Below are positions 48,693 through 58,757 of a stretch of 64,000 nt of DNA, in pieces. The notes below the pieces were generated by a model. It ran no database searches, had not been told where the DNA came from, and saw only the letters and a program-made list of their open reading frames with translations. This DNA comes from a virus, in the IMG/VR virus record IMGVR_UViG_3300042731_009106, positions 1 to 64,000 of that record. One strand, 5' to 3'. The translations under genes and the position numbers were made by a program. Position 1 is the first letter of the stretch. Every line of letters starts with the position of its first letter.

Positions 48693-51600
48693 ATGAAAAC
48701 TTCAGAATCCATTAGTTACAATTATAGGCTGGCTGAAGTTATCTTCAACCCATACCCCTTTCCGGACAATTTATCTAATATTATAACTTCTAATTTTAAA
48801 GGATCAATAGGTTGGCATTATTTAAACTTAATAAAGTCAGACCCTTTTCTACAAAAATATATATCCTTGATAGGCAATCATTCAATTGAGTATTTACATA
48901 AAAACCATTCAGGGATCTTAAAAAAAATTTTCACTTACTTAGAAGAAAGTATTGTGAAGTATGATCCTTATTTTTATTTTAAACCTAGTATAAAAACTCA
49001 CTCTTTTCACTGCAGGGTTGGGGATGTTATAGATTTTTGTCAATTACATTCTGTAAAAGAACATCTAGATAAACCAATACCTTCAAATCAATGTAGATGT
49101 ATAAATCCAGACAACGAAAAACCTTTATCCAACATCGACTCAACGGTTTATATTTCTCCACTCTCTCATTATTCTAATTTTCAATCTCAACACATAACTC
49201 TTTTAAGCGGTGGATGTTTTCGTGAAGATGCTGATGACACTAGGTCTAAAATTTATATTCAAAAAATTAAAAACTCTTTGATAAAACAAGGCTTATCTGT
49301 TTATAGTAGATACAGAAAATCTGCTGATGAAGATCTCATTTATTCATTGAAATCTGATTTTTACACACCATCTAATAGTAGATTCTCTCAATTAATTTAT
49401 TATTTCAGAAAATTTATAAAAGAAACTAATCGTGAGAGTGTATATAAAAAGAAGATGACTCCCAACATTGCGATATTTTTTCCGTGCACACATAAAGAGT
49501 ATAAATCTGGGGAATTATTAACCTGCTTAAATAGGCTTTTCGAATCAAACCCTACAGAATCAGAATCTTTTGATTTGTTTTTTATTTTCAATAAAAACAC
49601 TGAAGACAATTACTCCAAACTTAGAGAGTTAGATCTCCCAAAATTTGTAAAGAACATTTTCATCCACTCTTTAGATTTAACAGCGGAAGATGATATATAC
49701 ATACAGCCTTGGGTCAACTCAAATATTCCAGACAAAATACCCCCATTGGGTTTAAGCTCTGGCCCTAACCAATCTTTTTTTAGGAGTTTTGATTATCTTA
49801 TTAGTCATGAGAATCAATATTCTCATTTCTTGTTACTCGAAACCGATGTGCATTTCCTACAAGAGGGTTGGTTTGATAAATGTATTAGTTTTTGTAAAGT
49901 TAATTTTTTCTCTATTGCAGGCTCAACTTACAAAGGTTTAAGGTCTGATCACAAAAACTCTACATACAAAGACCATCTTAACGGAGTAGCATTATACTCA
50001 AATACAAAACAACTCGAAAACATTTTACACAAATCAGAGCAAACCGTAAGAGAGTATGTTGCTGCCGGGAATTATTTCTTAAATTTTGACATTGGTATAG
50101 ATATTTTTAGACAGCTTGACGATGGTAATTTAATCTCTGATGCCAATAAATTCATTGACACTGATTTCATCATAAATTGCAGTGATACAGATAAAGATAT
50201 CGAACTTAGTAATCGTGATGTTTTGAGTTTTTTTCCTAATGCTCTTTTATTACATCAAAAAAAATTAAAAGACTCAACTCCAGAATTTAGTTTCATAGAA
50301 GATTCTGAAAAATACAATATAAAAACAAAAAAAACTTTTCTTTTTAATTTTTGCTCTCATACTTCAAAAGATAAAAAAATCCCTTTATTTTTCCACACCC
50401 CAAAGAATGCTGGGACTTACATTAATGGTAACATGCTCACATTCCTAAGGTTTTATGTTAGGCAATTTAACGAAAAAGTTAATTTCAACAAAGATCTTTT
50501 AGGTAAACCTTTTGACTTGAGAATTGTTGACAGTCAAGGTAACTCTCTTTTCAATATATATGGAATAGATGATAAATCAATCTTTAAAAATGATAACAAG
50601 TTTGTTTTCTTGCAAGGTATCACTTATTCTATAAACATCAATTACATCAACTTAGATTTATTAAATAGTATAGATGTTTTTTGCATTAACGTAACTGCTA
50701 AAGCTTTCCCCTTTTTTGAAAAAATTGGTGATTGGTTTGATAGCCTTTCTGTAAGCTTTTTGCCTTTTATATGTTTAAGAGACCCTTTTGAAAGGGCGCT
50801 TTCTTTATTTAAATACTTAGGTTCAGACTCTTCTATTCATGAGCCTACGCACCGTAAAATTATATCTAAAACATTTGAAGATTACATGGCTAGTAATCAA
50901 TTAGAAGATAGCTGGCTCATAAGGTCTCTATGTAGATCCCCAGTTAACCAAGATATTACCAATAAAGACCTTGAATCAACTCTTAGTTTATTGAGTTACT
51001 TTACTGTTTTTAGTATTCAAAATGTTGACATGAGTATTAATAAAATTTTTTATACAGCATATGGCTATAGCCGCTTTGATATTAGTGACGATTGGTTTAA
51101 CGATCTAAATTTCAACCAATCTTCATCAAAAGTAGATATAAATCTTCATACTCTTCCTCAAAATACACAAAAAGCTTTTAAAACTAGAACATTTAAAGAT
51201 CAGTTGATTTTTGATATTTTTATCAATAAAAAACCACATCAATATCAACAAATTAAAAACAATGTAATCTGTTATTATAATAAAATCGAAGGGAACTCTT
51301 TCTCCAAACAAAGTGAAGCCTTAGTTGACCGATGGTCTAAGAACTGGTCTTCGAAAGGTTGGAACCCAATTGTATTAGATTCAGATTTTGCAAAAGAAAA
51401 TCCTATGTATCACAAGTTAAATATAGGTGATTTGTCTAGCAATTTATATCATTCCTCAAACCACGGAAGTTTTGGTTCTGCTGAATATTTGTCTCAATGC
51501 TATACTCGATGGCTGGCTTATTCTTATTTTGTTTCTTTAAATGGATCGACTATATGGAGTGATTATGATGTATACAATCATTCCTTTACTTATGATAAAT

Positions 51601-52016
51601 TTTTAGAATTTAATGATGAATGTAGTCTTTATTGTGGTGCTGGCTCTACAGGTCTAATGAATACCACAGTGATGGGCGAATTATTTCACCTTTATCATTT
51701 AGTACAAAATGCAACAGACATTTCATCAATAGACTCCTTATCTGATGAATATCAAAATTACATTAATAAAAATATTGACACTCTATCAGATATGCATTTT
51801 ATGCAAATAATTTTTATTTTCAAAAAAATATTTAAACCTTTATGCAATAATTTTATGGGGGGGTCAATGTTTGATTTTGATTTATTCCATTTGCATGGCG
51901 GCATAAAGAATGACCCGACAGGACAAATCGCTAAGTTCGTTCCGGCCATTTTGGAAGGCAATCATTCCAGAACAGAACAGTGGGACATTTTTTCTGATTT
52001 TATGAACTCAAACTAA
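48693..52016 (+). CDS. 1107-aa multidomain glycan-modifying protein (GT-like domains plus a sulfotransferase-like domain)
   Basis: FLLLETDV..HLNGVALY..FDI; FFHTPKNAGT..RDPFERALS; C-terminal domain paralogous to 54666..55448. Confidence 0.65.
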   Translation: MKTSESISYNYRLAEVIFNPYPFPDNLSNIITSNFKGSIGWHYLNLIKSDPFLQKYISLIGNHSIEYLHKNHSGILKKIFTYLEESIVKYDPYFYFKPSIKTHSFHCRVGDVIDFCQLHSVKEHLDKPIPSNQCRCINPDNEKPLSNIDSTVYISPLSHYSNFQSQHITLLSGGCFREDADDTRSKIYIQKIKNSLIKQGLSVYSRYRKSADEDLIYSLKSDFYTPSNSRFSQLIYYFRKFIKETNRESVYKKKMTPNIAIFFPCTHKEYKSGELLTCLNRLFESNPTESESFDLFFIFNKNTEDNYSKLRELDLPKFVKNIFIHSLDLTAEDDIYIQPWVNSNIPDKIPPLGLSSGPNQSFFRSFDYLISHENQYSHFLLLETDVHFLQEGWFDKCISFCKVNFFSIAGSTYKGLRSDHKNSTYKDHLNGVALYSNTKQLENILHKSEQTVREYVAAGNYFLNFDIGIDIFRQLDDGNLISDANKFIDTDFIINCSDTDKDIELSNRDVLSFFPNALLLHQKKLKDSTPEFSFIEDSEKYNIKTKKTFLFNFCSHTSKDKKIPLFFHTPKNAGTYINGNMLTFLRFYVRQFNEKVNFNKDLLGKPFDLRIVDSQGNSLFNIYGIDDKSIFKNDNKFVFLQGITYSININYINLDLLNSIDVFCINVTAKAFPFFEKIGDWFDSLSVSFLPFICLRDPFERALSLFKYLGSDSSIHEPTHRKIISKTFEDYMASNQLEDSWLIRSLCRSPVNQDITNKDLESTLSLLSYFTVFSIQNVDMSINKIFYTAYGYSRFDISDDWFNDLNFNQSSSKVDINLHTLPQNTQKAFKTRTFKDQLIFDIFINKKPHQYQQIKNNVICYYNKIEGNSFSKQSEALVDRWSKNWSSKGWNPIVLDSDFAKENPMYHKLNIGDLSSNLYHSSNHGSFGSAEYLSQCYTRWLAYSYFVSLNGSTIWSDYDVYNHSFTYDKFLEFNDECSLYCGAGSTGLMNTTVMGELFHLYHLVQNATDISSIDSLSDEYQNYINKNIDTLSDMHFMQIIFIFKKIFKPLCNNFMGGSMFDFDLFHLHGGIKNDPTGQIAKFVPAILEGNHSRTEQWDIFSDFMNSN

Positions 52017-52030
52017 TATAATCTTTAACT

Positions 52031-52675
52031 ATGAAAAGAACAGATATAATTAATTTACTTGCAAACAAAATTAGCGCAAAATCTTATCTAGAAATAGGGG
52101 TTAGAATACATTCTGAGAATTTTGATAAAATTAAAATACCACACAAGGTGGGGGTTGATCCTGATACTGAAAAAGCCTGTGATCGTGACGCAACATATAA
52201 AATTACATCAGATGAATATTTTCAATTTAATTACGAAAAATTTGATTTAATTTTTATTGACGGACTGCATGAAGAAGAACAGGTTGAACGTGATATACTA
52301 AACTCACTTGATCGTTTAAATGAAGGTGGTTATATAGTATGTCACGACATGAATCCTATTATTTACGAACGTCAATTACCTAACAACGATCCCAAATTTC
52401 TCGAATATTCACTGCGAGAAGAAGCAAAAGGCAATCCTCAGTATGGTTTTTGGAATGGTGATTGTTGGAAAGCATTTGTAAAATTAAAGATTTATCGTGA
52501 TGATTTGATAATGAAAACAGTTGATACTGATTTTGGGGTTGGTATCATCCAAAAAGGGTCTCAAAAAACATTAGATTTAGAATTTAAAAATTTAAACTAT
52601 GAAGGCCTAGAAAAAAACAGGAAAGAATGGTTAAATTTAATTTCTGTAGAAGAGTTTAAATTACATTACTCATGA
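52031..52675 (+). CDS. Class I SAM methyltransferase (Methyltransf_24-like)
   Basis: YLEIGV; GVDP; DLIFIDGLH; GGYIVCHD; WNGDCWK. Confidence 0.85.
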   Translation: MKRTDIINLLANKISAKSYLEIGVRIHSENFDKIKIPHKVGVDPDTEKACDRDATYKITSDEYFQFNYEKFDLIFIDGLHEEEQVERDILNSLDRLNEGGYIVCHDMNPIIYERQLPNNDPKFLEYSLREEAKGNPQYGFWNGDCWKAFVKLKIYRDDLIMKTVDTDFGVGIIQKGSQKTLDLEFKNLNYEGLEKNRKEWLNLISVEEFKLHYS

Positions 52676-53280
52676 TATATAAAAATTACAAGAGCTTACT
52701 GGAGGACATTCAGTCTAAAAATTACAAAAGAATTATAGTCAGCGGACCTCAACGCTCAGGAACTACGTTTTTATCTCAAGTATTATCTGAAGATTTAGGT
52801 TTTGTTAAAAAAGATCAAAATTTTAATGAAGTAGGTCACATTTCTAATTTAATTAAATTTCCCGTACCTTATGTAGCTCAAGCTCCCCATCTTTCTTGGG
52901 AGCTTCATCATATTGATATACCTGAAACTTTTGTAATATTTTGTACCAGAAATTGCAATGATGTTATAGATTCTGCGCGAAAAAAATTATCCCTTACCAA
53001 CGATAGAACAAAAAACTGGAATAATTCTCATTTCGGTAATATTGGTGAACTTATACGTTTAAAGACATATATAAAACAAAAACAAGTTCCCGATTACTAT
53101 AGTGATGTTCATAGTTGTTATATAAAAAATAATCTTTGGTTATCCTACCAATACGTCAACATGAAAGTCGACCACGGAACAATGCCTTATGAATGCTTAA
53201 AAGATCACCCAAAGTTTATTAGTGATAAAAAAATAAGATCTAAAATTGGGCCTGAAGATATTGTGCCTCATGAAGAATAG
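52672..53280 (+). CDS. Sulfotransferase-like P-loop protein
   Basis: IIVSGPQRSGTTFL; RNCNDVIDS. Confidence 0.55.
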   Translation: MIYKNYKSLLEDIQSKNYKRIIVSGPQRSGTTFLSQVLSEDLGFVKKDQNFNEVGHISNLIKFPVPYVAQAPHLSWELHHIDIPETFVIFCTRNCNDVIDSARKKLSLTNDRTKNWNNSHFGNIGELIRLKTYIKQKQVPDYYSDVHSCYIKNNLWLSYQYVNMKVDHGTMPYECLKDHPKFISDKKIRSKIGPEDIVPHEE

Positions 53281-53291
53281 TTTTTTAATTC

Positions 53292-54227
53292 ATGAACAAA
53301 AGCATTATAGTGACAGGGGGCTTGGGTTTTATAGGGAGCAACTTCATCAAGCATATTTTTAATAAGTATGACTACCATATTTACAATGTTGATGTCAAAA
53401 CATATGCAGCAAACTACAACAATATCAGCGAAGAAATCAATCGATCAGGCAGATACAGCCTATCAATTTGTGACATCAATGACACAGGTCGACTTCGAAA
53501 TTTAATTCAAAAGAATAATATAAATTATATTGTTAATTTTGCTGCTGAAAGTCATGTTGATAATAGTATAAATGATTCAACTCCTTTTGTACAAACCAAC
53601 ATAAATGGAACACACTCCTTATTAAGCTTGCTTCACGATTGCCCTAGCATCGAGAGATACCTTCAAGTATCCACAGACGAGGTATATGGCAGTTTAACTG
53701 AAGAAGATGATGCTTTTACTGAAAACACCCCATTGCAAGCAAATAGCCCTTATTCCGCAAGCAAAGCAAGTGCAGATTTATTGTGCCGTAGTTTTTATGA
53801 GACTTTCGACTATCCTATTTTAATTACTCGTTGTTCAAACAATTACGGGCCAAATCAACACGAAGAAAAATTAATTCCACTAATGATTAAAAATGCCAAA
53901 GCAGACAAAAAACTTCCTGTCTATGGTGATGGCAGAAACATTCGTGACTGGATTCATGTCTCAGATCATTGCTCTGGCATCGATGCGGTTTTACATGGTG
54001 GAAAAATTGGTGAAGTTTATAATATTGGCGGAAAAAATGAAGTGCGCAATATTGATATTGTTAAAACTATTCTAAAACTACTAAGCAAAGACGAAATTCA
54101 AATAGAATTTGTAAAAGATAGATTAGGTCACGATTGGCGTTATGCAATTGATAATACTAAAATTCAAAACGAATTAAATTGGTTTCCTAGTGTAAATTTT
54201 AAGGACGGATTAAAAGAATTATTATGA
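53292..54227 (+). CDS. rfbB: dTDP-glucose 4,6-dehydratase
   Basis: TGGLGFIGSNF; NFAAESHVDNSI; STDEVYG; NSPYSASKAS; TRCSNNYGP; GDG.NIRDW; DRLGHD.RYA. Confidence 0.93.
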   Translation: MNKSIIVTGGLGFIGSNFIKHIFNKYDYHIYNVDVKTYAANYNNISEEINRSGRYSLSICDINDTGRLRNLIQKNNINYIVNFAAESHVDNSINDSTPFVQTNINGTHSLLSLLHDCPSIERYLQVSTDEVYGSLTEEDDAFTENTPLQANSPYSASKASADLLCRSFYETFDYPILITRCSNNYGPNQHEEKLIPLMIKNAKADKKLPVYGDGRNIRDWIHVSDHCSGIDAVLHGGKIGEVYNIGGKNEVRNIDIVKTILKLLSKDEIQIEFVKDRLGHDWRYAIDNTKIQNELNWFPSVNFKDGLKELL

Positions 54228-54673
54228 ACAAAGAAATAGTAGGATTTACAGCAGGGAATTTTGATTTATTGCATCCGGGTTATATTTATACTTTCGAGGA
54301 AGCGAAACGACATTGTGATCGTTTTTTAGTTTTCTTGCAACGAGATCCAAGTGCCACAAGGTTTACAAAATACAAACCCGTAATACCTTACTATGAAAGA
54401 TATAAAACCCTCATGGCTATAAAATATATTGACGAAGTATATATGTACCAGACAGAAGAAGAGTTGGTTGATTTAATTAAATTCTGGAAACCTGACATTC
54501 GCATACTGGGAGAAGATTACATTGGTAAAAGTTTTACAGGAGATGACCTCCCACCAAAAGTTATATATACTACTCGTTCGCATGAATGGTCAACCACTCG
54601 AATCAAAGATTTAATTACCCAACAAACCATAAAACAGAACCCTAAAATTCTAGAAGATAAATCCAATGGTTAG
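54224..54673 (+). CDS. Cytidylyltransferase (TagD/RfaE-like HIGH family)
   Basis: AGNFDLLHPGY; KPV..YYER; GEDY; STT.IK. Confidence 0.85.
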   Translation: MNKEIVGFTAGNFDLLHPGYIYTFEEAKRHCDRFLVFLQRDPSATRFTKYKPVIPYYERYKTLMAIKYIDEVYMYQTEEELVDLIKFWKPDIRILGEDYIGKSFTGDDLPPKVIYTTRSHEWSTTRIKDLITQQTIKQNPKILEDKSNG

Positions 54674-55448
54674 AAAAATTTTCACATATTTTCACGACTT
54701 TAAAAATTGTGATAAAGAAAGAAAGCTAGTTGATTTTTGGCTTAAAAACTGGAAATCAAATGACTTTGATGCCGCTGTCCTATCTTTAGATGATGCTAAA
54801 GCTCATCCTTTTTTTGATGAGTTTAATGAAAAAATGACAGAAATAACTTCAACTATCCTCCACCAACCTCTCAGTCCATACGGTTGGTCTTGTTGGCATA
54901 GGTGGTTATCTTATGCTGCTCTCCCTATTGATGATTGTGTAATTGTTTGTGATTATGATATCTTAAATAGCTCTTTATGGTATCCCGGCAGAAAACTTTC
55001 AGACAAATTACACTTCATGGATTCCGACTGTCCTTGTGTATCCAGTGGAACCCCCAAACAGTTTGACAAATTAATTCGTGGCTTTATCGATCTACCTCTA
55101 AATAACATAGACTTTATAAAGTCTAGAAAAAAGTTATACCCACATTTTCATGATCAGGAATTTTTTAATTCTTTTTGTAAAGATATCGCTAACCCAGATT
55201 CATTCCAAGATGTTTTGACTGAGTATGACTTACTTCTTACTCGTAACACTCAAGAAGATGTTAGTCCATTTCGCTTTCAATCAAGTAAGCCTTTATGTTA
55301 TCATATTTCACACCAAAACACTCAGATGATCTTTAAATTAAACCTTAAAGAGTTCACCAGTCTAGACATTCAAGACTTAAGGTTAGAGCTTTTTAAACTA
55401 GCTAGCTCATCATACGATAACTTCAAGGAGGTCACAAGCTATGCATAG
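54666..55448 (+). CDS. Putative GT-like hypothetical protein
   Basis: W..NW...VL...A..HP; CWHRWLSY; DYDILN; paralog of the C-terminus of 48693..52016. Confidence 0.6.
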   Translation: MVRKIFTYFHDFKNCDKERKLVDFWLKNWKSNDFDAAVLSLDDAKAHPFFDEFNEKMTEITSTILHQPLSPYGWSCWHRWLSYAALPIDDCVIVCDYDILNSSLWYPGRKLSDKLHFMDSDCPCVSSGTPKQFDKLIRGFIDLPLNNIDFIKSRKKLYPHFHDQEFFNSFCKDIANPDSFQDVLTEYDLLLTRNTQEDVSPFRFQSSKPLCYHISHQNTQMIFKLNLKEFTSLDIQDLRLELFKLASSSYDNFKEVTSYA

Positions 55449-56082
55449 AACAGAAGTGATTAATATTTTAGCGGAAAAAATTAACGCAAAAACATATTTA
55501 GAAATTGGAGTAAGAGACCACAAAGACAATTTTAACGACGTAAATATTGAATCTAAAATTTCAGTTGATATCGAGATAGAGCCTTATGACAGAGAGCCTG
55601 ATTTCATAATGACATCAGATTCTTTTTTTGAGCAAAACGACAAGAATTTTGATTTAATTTTTGTTGATGGTTTACATGAGTCAAAACAATTAGAGAGTGA
55701 TATTTTAAACTCTATTGAAATTCTAAACGAAGGAGGTTATGTTGTTTGCCATGACACAAATCCTACTGTCTACGAAAGGCAGCTTACTCATTTTGATAAA
55801 GAAAGAATAGTTTATGTTCACAGGGAAAAACTTAAAGGCAACCCTCAATATGGTCTTTGGAACGGAGACATCTGGAAATCTATCGTGAGACTTAGATCTA
55901 GTAGAGATGATCTTAATTTCTTTACAGTTGATACAGATTTTGGAATGACTGCTATAAGTAAGGGTTTTCAAGAAAAATTAAACACCAAAGAGTCTGAGCT
56001 TAAATATAAAAATTTACAAAAAAATAGAAAAGAATGGTTAAATTTAATTTCAATTGATGAATTTAAATCTTTATTCAAATGA
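55441..56082 (+). CDS. Class I SAM methyltransferase, paralog of 52031..52675
   Basis: YLEIGV; DLIFVDGLH; GGYVVCHD; KGNPQYGLWNGD. Confidence 0.85.
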   Translation: MHRTEVINILAEKINAKTYLEIGVRDHKDNFNDVNIESKISVDIEIEPYDREPDFIMTSDSFFEQNDKNFDLIFVDGLHESKQLESDILNSIEILNEGGYVVCHDTNPTVYERQLTHFDKERIVYVHREKLKGNPQYGLWNGDIWKSIVRLRSSRDDLNFFTVDTDFGMTAISKGFQEKLNTKESELKYKNLQKNRKEWLNLISIDEFKSLFK

Positions 56083-56735
56083 GTAGTGCAAAAAAAATAT
56101 GGATGTGTTGGTTTCAGGGCGAAGACAGTAATACAGTTCCACCATTAAACAAGAAATGCATATCGCTCTGGAAACAATTAAATCCAGAACATGAAGTAAA
56201 CATTCTTAATATAGACACCATTAAAGATTATGTTCCAGAATTTTTTGAAATTATTGAAAATTCTCCCAATAGAAGCTGGGCCGCAAAATCAGATCTCTTG
56301 AGGATTCTTTTGCTCTCCAAGTATGGAGGGGTTTGGGCTGATGCAAGTGTTTACCCAGTTATGCCATTGAATGAATTCTATAACTTAATAGTAAATCACA
56401 CTAAGTTTTTTACTTATAGATTTATGCCTAGAGGAAGTTACGATAATCGCAAAAAATGCGAAACAGTAAGTTGGTTTTTGTGTGCAGATGAACCTCAATT
56501 ATATTTAATAGAAAAATGGAAAGAAGCATTTGTTAATAATTTTAAAACAATGAGGCATTGGCCATATTTTACATTTCACGAAACCTTAACAGAGCTATAC
56601 GACACAGATCCCACCATCAAAACACTACTAAATGACATGATTCAAATTGATGAAAAGATTCCTCACTCCGCTCAACATGGATGGCATAGCAAAAAGCCTT
56701 CTTTTGTTTACAAAAGACCTCATATCTCAATATAA
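56079..56735 (+). CDS. Capsular polysaccharide synthesis protein (GT32-like)
   Basis: KKIWMCWFQG; SDLLRILLLSKYGGVWADA. Confidence 0.85.
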   Translation: MSSAKKIWMCWFQGEDSNTVPPLNKKCISLWKQLNPEHEVNILNIDTIKDYVPEFFEIIENSPNRSWAAKSDLLRILLLSKYGGVWADASVYPVMPLNEFYNLIVNHTKFFTYRFMPRGSYDNRKKCETVSWFLCADEPQLYLIEKWKEAFVNNFKTMRHWPYFTFHETLTELYDTDPTIKTLLNDMIQIDEKIPHSAQHGWHSKKPSFVYKRPHISI

Positions 56736-56736
56736 A

Positions 56737-57507
56737 ATGAAAAAATTAGCATACATATACTTTGGGCAAGTTAAGAATTACAATCGCATTCAACATGATC
56801 AATTTTCTACAAATGTTTTACCCGGCTTAAAAAACTTTGATGTAGATTTTTTCTTAACTACTACGCCCGCTGAAAAATATGTTAGCCCAAGACAAGGGGA
56901 AGACGGAGTAATTAACTACAAAAGCATAAACAATTTTATTAACTTTAAAAAAATTTACTACGATGATATTTTATCAAAGCAAAAAGAATTCGAAGATTTT
57001 GCCAACAGTTTATTAAAAAAATTTAGGTTTAGAGCTTGGAGAAACTTTTCTCTTCCTAGTACTATTAACTCTTTAAAGCAGATTTATTCTTTAAACTATT
57101 TCTACGATCAATTTAAAGACATAGCCACAGAATATGAATATTTTATCGTAGCTAGGTCAGATTTATTTTTCTTAACAAAACTTTCTTTACCTCAACTCAA
57201 TTCCCATAACATCTATCTTCCAGACTGGGGTCATTATAAAGATGGTTGTAACGATAGATATGCTGTAATTACGAGTTTAGATATTTTAAAAATTTATTGT
57301 TGCAGGTACAATTTTTTAAGAAACAATCCAGAGCCATATCATGCAGAAAGTTATTTAAGAAAATGTTTAAAAAGAAACGGTGTAAAATTCAAACAGTTCA
57401 AAAAATTTAAATTCAGATTACTAAGATCATGTAATCATGTATCTACTGAGGGTGGTGGATGTCCAGACAAAGCATTAACAAAAAAGTTTTATAACATCAA
57501 TTTATAA
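56737..57507 (+). CDS. Putative GT-like protein (ARSDL..NDRY type); start revised to 56737
   Basis: MKKLAYIYFGQ; ARSDL; GCNDRYA; HAESYL; similar to the C-domain of 42011..43726. Confidence 0.6.
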   Translation: MKKLAYIYFGQVKNYNRIQHDQFSTNVLPGLKNFDVDFFLTTTPAEKYVSPRQGEDGVINYKSINNFINFKKIYYDDILSKQKEFEDFANSLLKKFRFRAWRNFSLPSTINSLKQIYSLNYFYDQFKDIATEYEYFIVARSDLFFLTKLSLPQLNSHNIYLPDWGHYKDGCNDRYAVITSLDILKIYCCRYNFLRNNPEPYHAESYLRKCLKRNGVKFKQFKKFKFRLLRSCNHVSTEGGGCPDKALTKKFYNINL

Positions 57508-57512
57508 TAATA

Positions 57513-57518
57513 GTGTAA
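57513..57518 (+). promoter_or_regulatory. GTGTAW motif
   Basis: GTGTAA; 12 nt between GTGTA and ATG 57530. Confidence 0.6.
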
Positions 57519-57529
57519 ATTTGCATTAA

Positions 57530-58105
57530 ATGATAAACTATAAACATAAATTTATTTTTGTGCATATACCTAGAACTGGAGGAACCAGTTTGGAAAAGCA
57601 ATTTAATTATAATGGAGACAGGGATGGAAGAAAACATTTATCTTTCAATCAGTATAGTAAGCTCTTAAATGGTTTGAGCTTTCGTGATTATTTTAAATTT
57701 ACATTCATTAGAAATCCTTGGGACATTATGATATCAAACTACCTAGATGCCGGCTGGTATTCTAGCTCAAAGCCCGGTAGGGGAGGTCAAATAGGCTACC
57801 ATTCACGTAAAAGTTTAAAGTATTTTTTAGAGCATTATAAGCCAGCCAAGCACGAGCATGGAGATGCATTATTAGATTTTTTTAGCCCTGAAGAAGTTGA
57901 TTTTATAGGTAGATTTGAAAATCGTAGCAATGATTTACAATTTATATCTAGCAAGATAGGTTTAAAACTAGACTCTTCAGTTGTGCAGCGAAAAAATTCA
58001 CATAAAAAACATTATACTAAATACTACAACCAAGAAACTCGTGATATGGTTGCTAATAGATATTCAAAAGATATCAATACTTTTGGTTACAAATTTGGAG
58101 ATTAA
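57530..58105 (+). CDS. Sulfotransferase (Sulfotransfer_2-like)
   Basis: FIFVHIPRTGGTS; FTFIRNPWD; DFIGRFE. Confidence 0.85.
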   Translation: MINYKHKFIFVHIPRTGGTSLEKQFNYNGDRDGRKHLSFNQYSKLLNGLSFRDYFKFTFIRNPWDIMISNYLDAGWYSSSKPGRGGQIGYHSRKSLKYFLEHYKPAKHEHGDALLDFFSPEEVDFIGRFENRSNDLQFISSKIGLKLDSSVVQRKNSHKKHYTKYYNQETRDMVANRYSKDINTFGYKFGD

Positions 58106-58109
58106 ATAA

Positions 58110-58757
58110 ATGGTATTTTCTTATATCAGAAAGTATATATTTGTAGCTGTGCCAAAGACTGGGAGCACTTCTATCACAAAATCGCTTGGAGACTTTGGTT
58201 CAACAAAGCTAGCAAGATTATATAGATTAGAAAAAGTTCCACAAGGAAGATGTAGTGGATTTTTATCCACATCTGACAATCATATTAGTGCCGCAGAATT
58301 ACAACACAACCTTGGGGATGCCTATCAAAAATATTTCACGTTTTCTTTTGTGAGAAATCCTTGGGACAGGTTTCTTGCAAATTATTTTTATATGAAAAAC
58401 ACCCCAAAACACCCAAGGCATAAAGATGCGAATTTATTTAAAAGTTTTGACCATTATGTTGACCACAGCTACAACAAGTTCACTAAGGGCAGAACTCCAA
58501 CCCAACAATCAGAATTTTTATGTAATGAATCAGGTGAAATTATAGTTGATTTTGTTGGTAAGCTAGAATCAATCAACCGAGATTTTAGGTTTGTTACAAA
58601 AAAAATAAATCTAAGAAATAGAATTGTTGATGTCTACAATAAAGGCAGACATAAGCATTACACAAAATGCTATAACGATGAATTAATTACTTTAGTTGGT
58701 GAAATGTTTGAACAAGATATAAAATTATTTAATTATAATTTTAATAATGAAGATTGA
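58110..58757 (+). CDS. Sulfotransferase (Sulfotransfer_2-like), paralog of the previous gene
   Basis: IFVAVPKTGSTS; FSFVRNPWDRFLA; DFVGKLE. Confidence 0.85.
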   Translation: MVFSYIRKYIFVAVPKTGSTSITKSLGDFGSTKLARLYRLEKVPQGRCSGFLSTSDNHISAAELQHNLGDAYQKYFTFSFVRNPWDRFLANYFYMKNTPKHPRHKDANLFKSFDHYVDHSYNKFTKGRTPTQQSEFLCNESGEIIVDFVGKLESINRDFRFVTKKINLRNRIVDVYNKGRHKHYTKCYNDELITLVGEMFEQDIKLFNYNFNNED

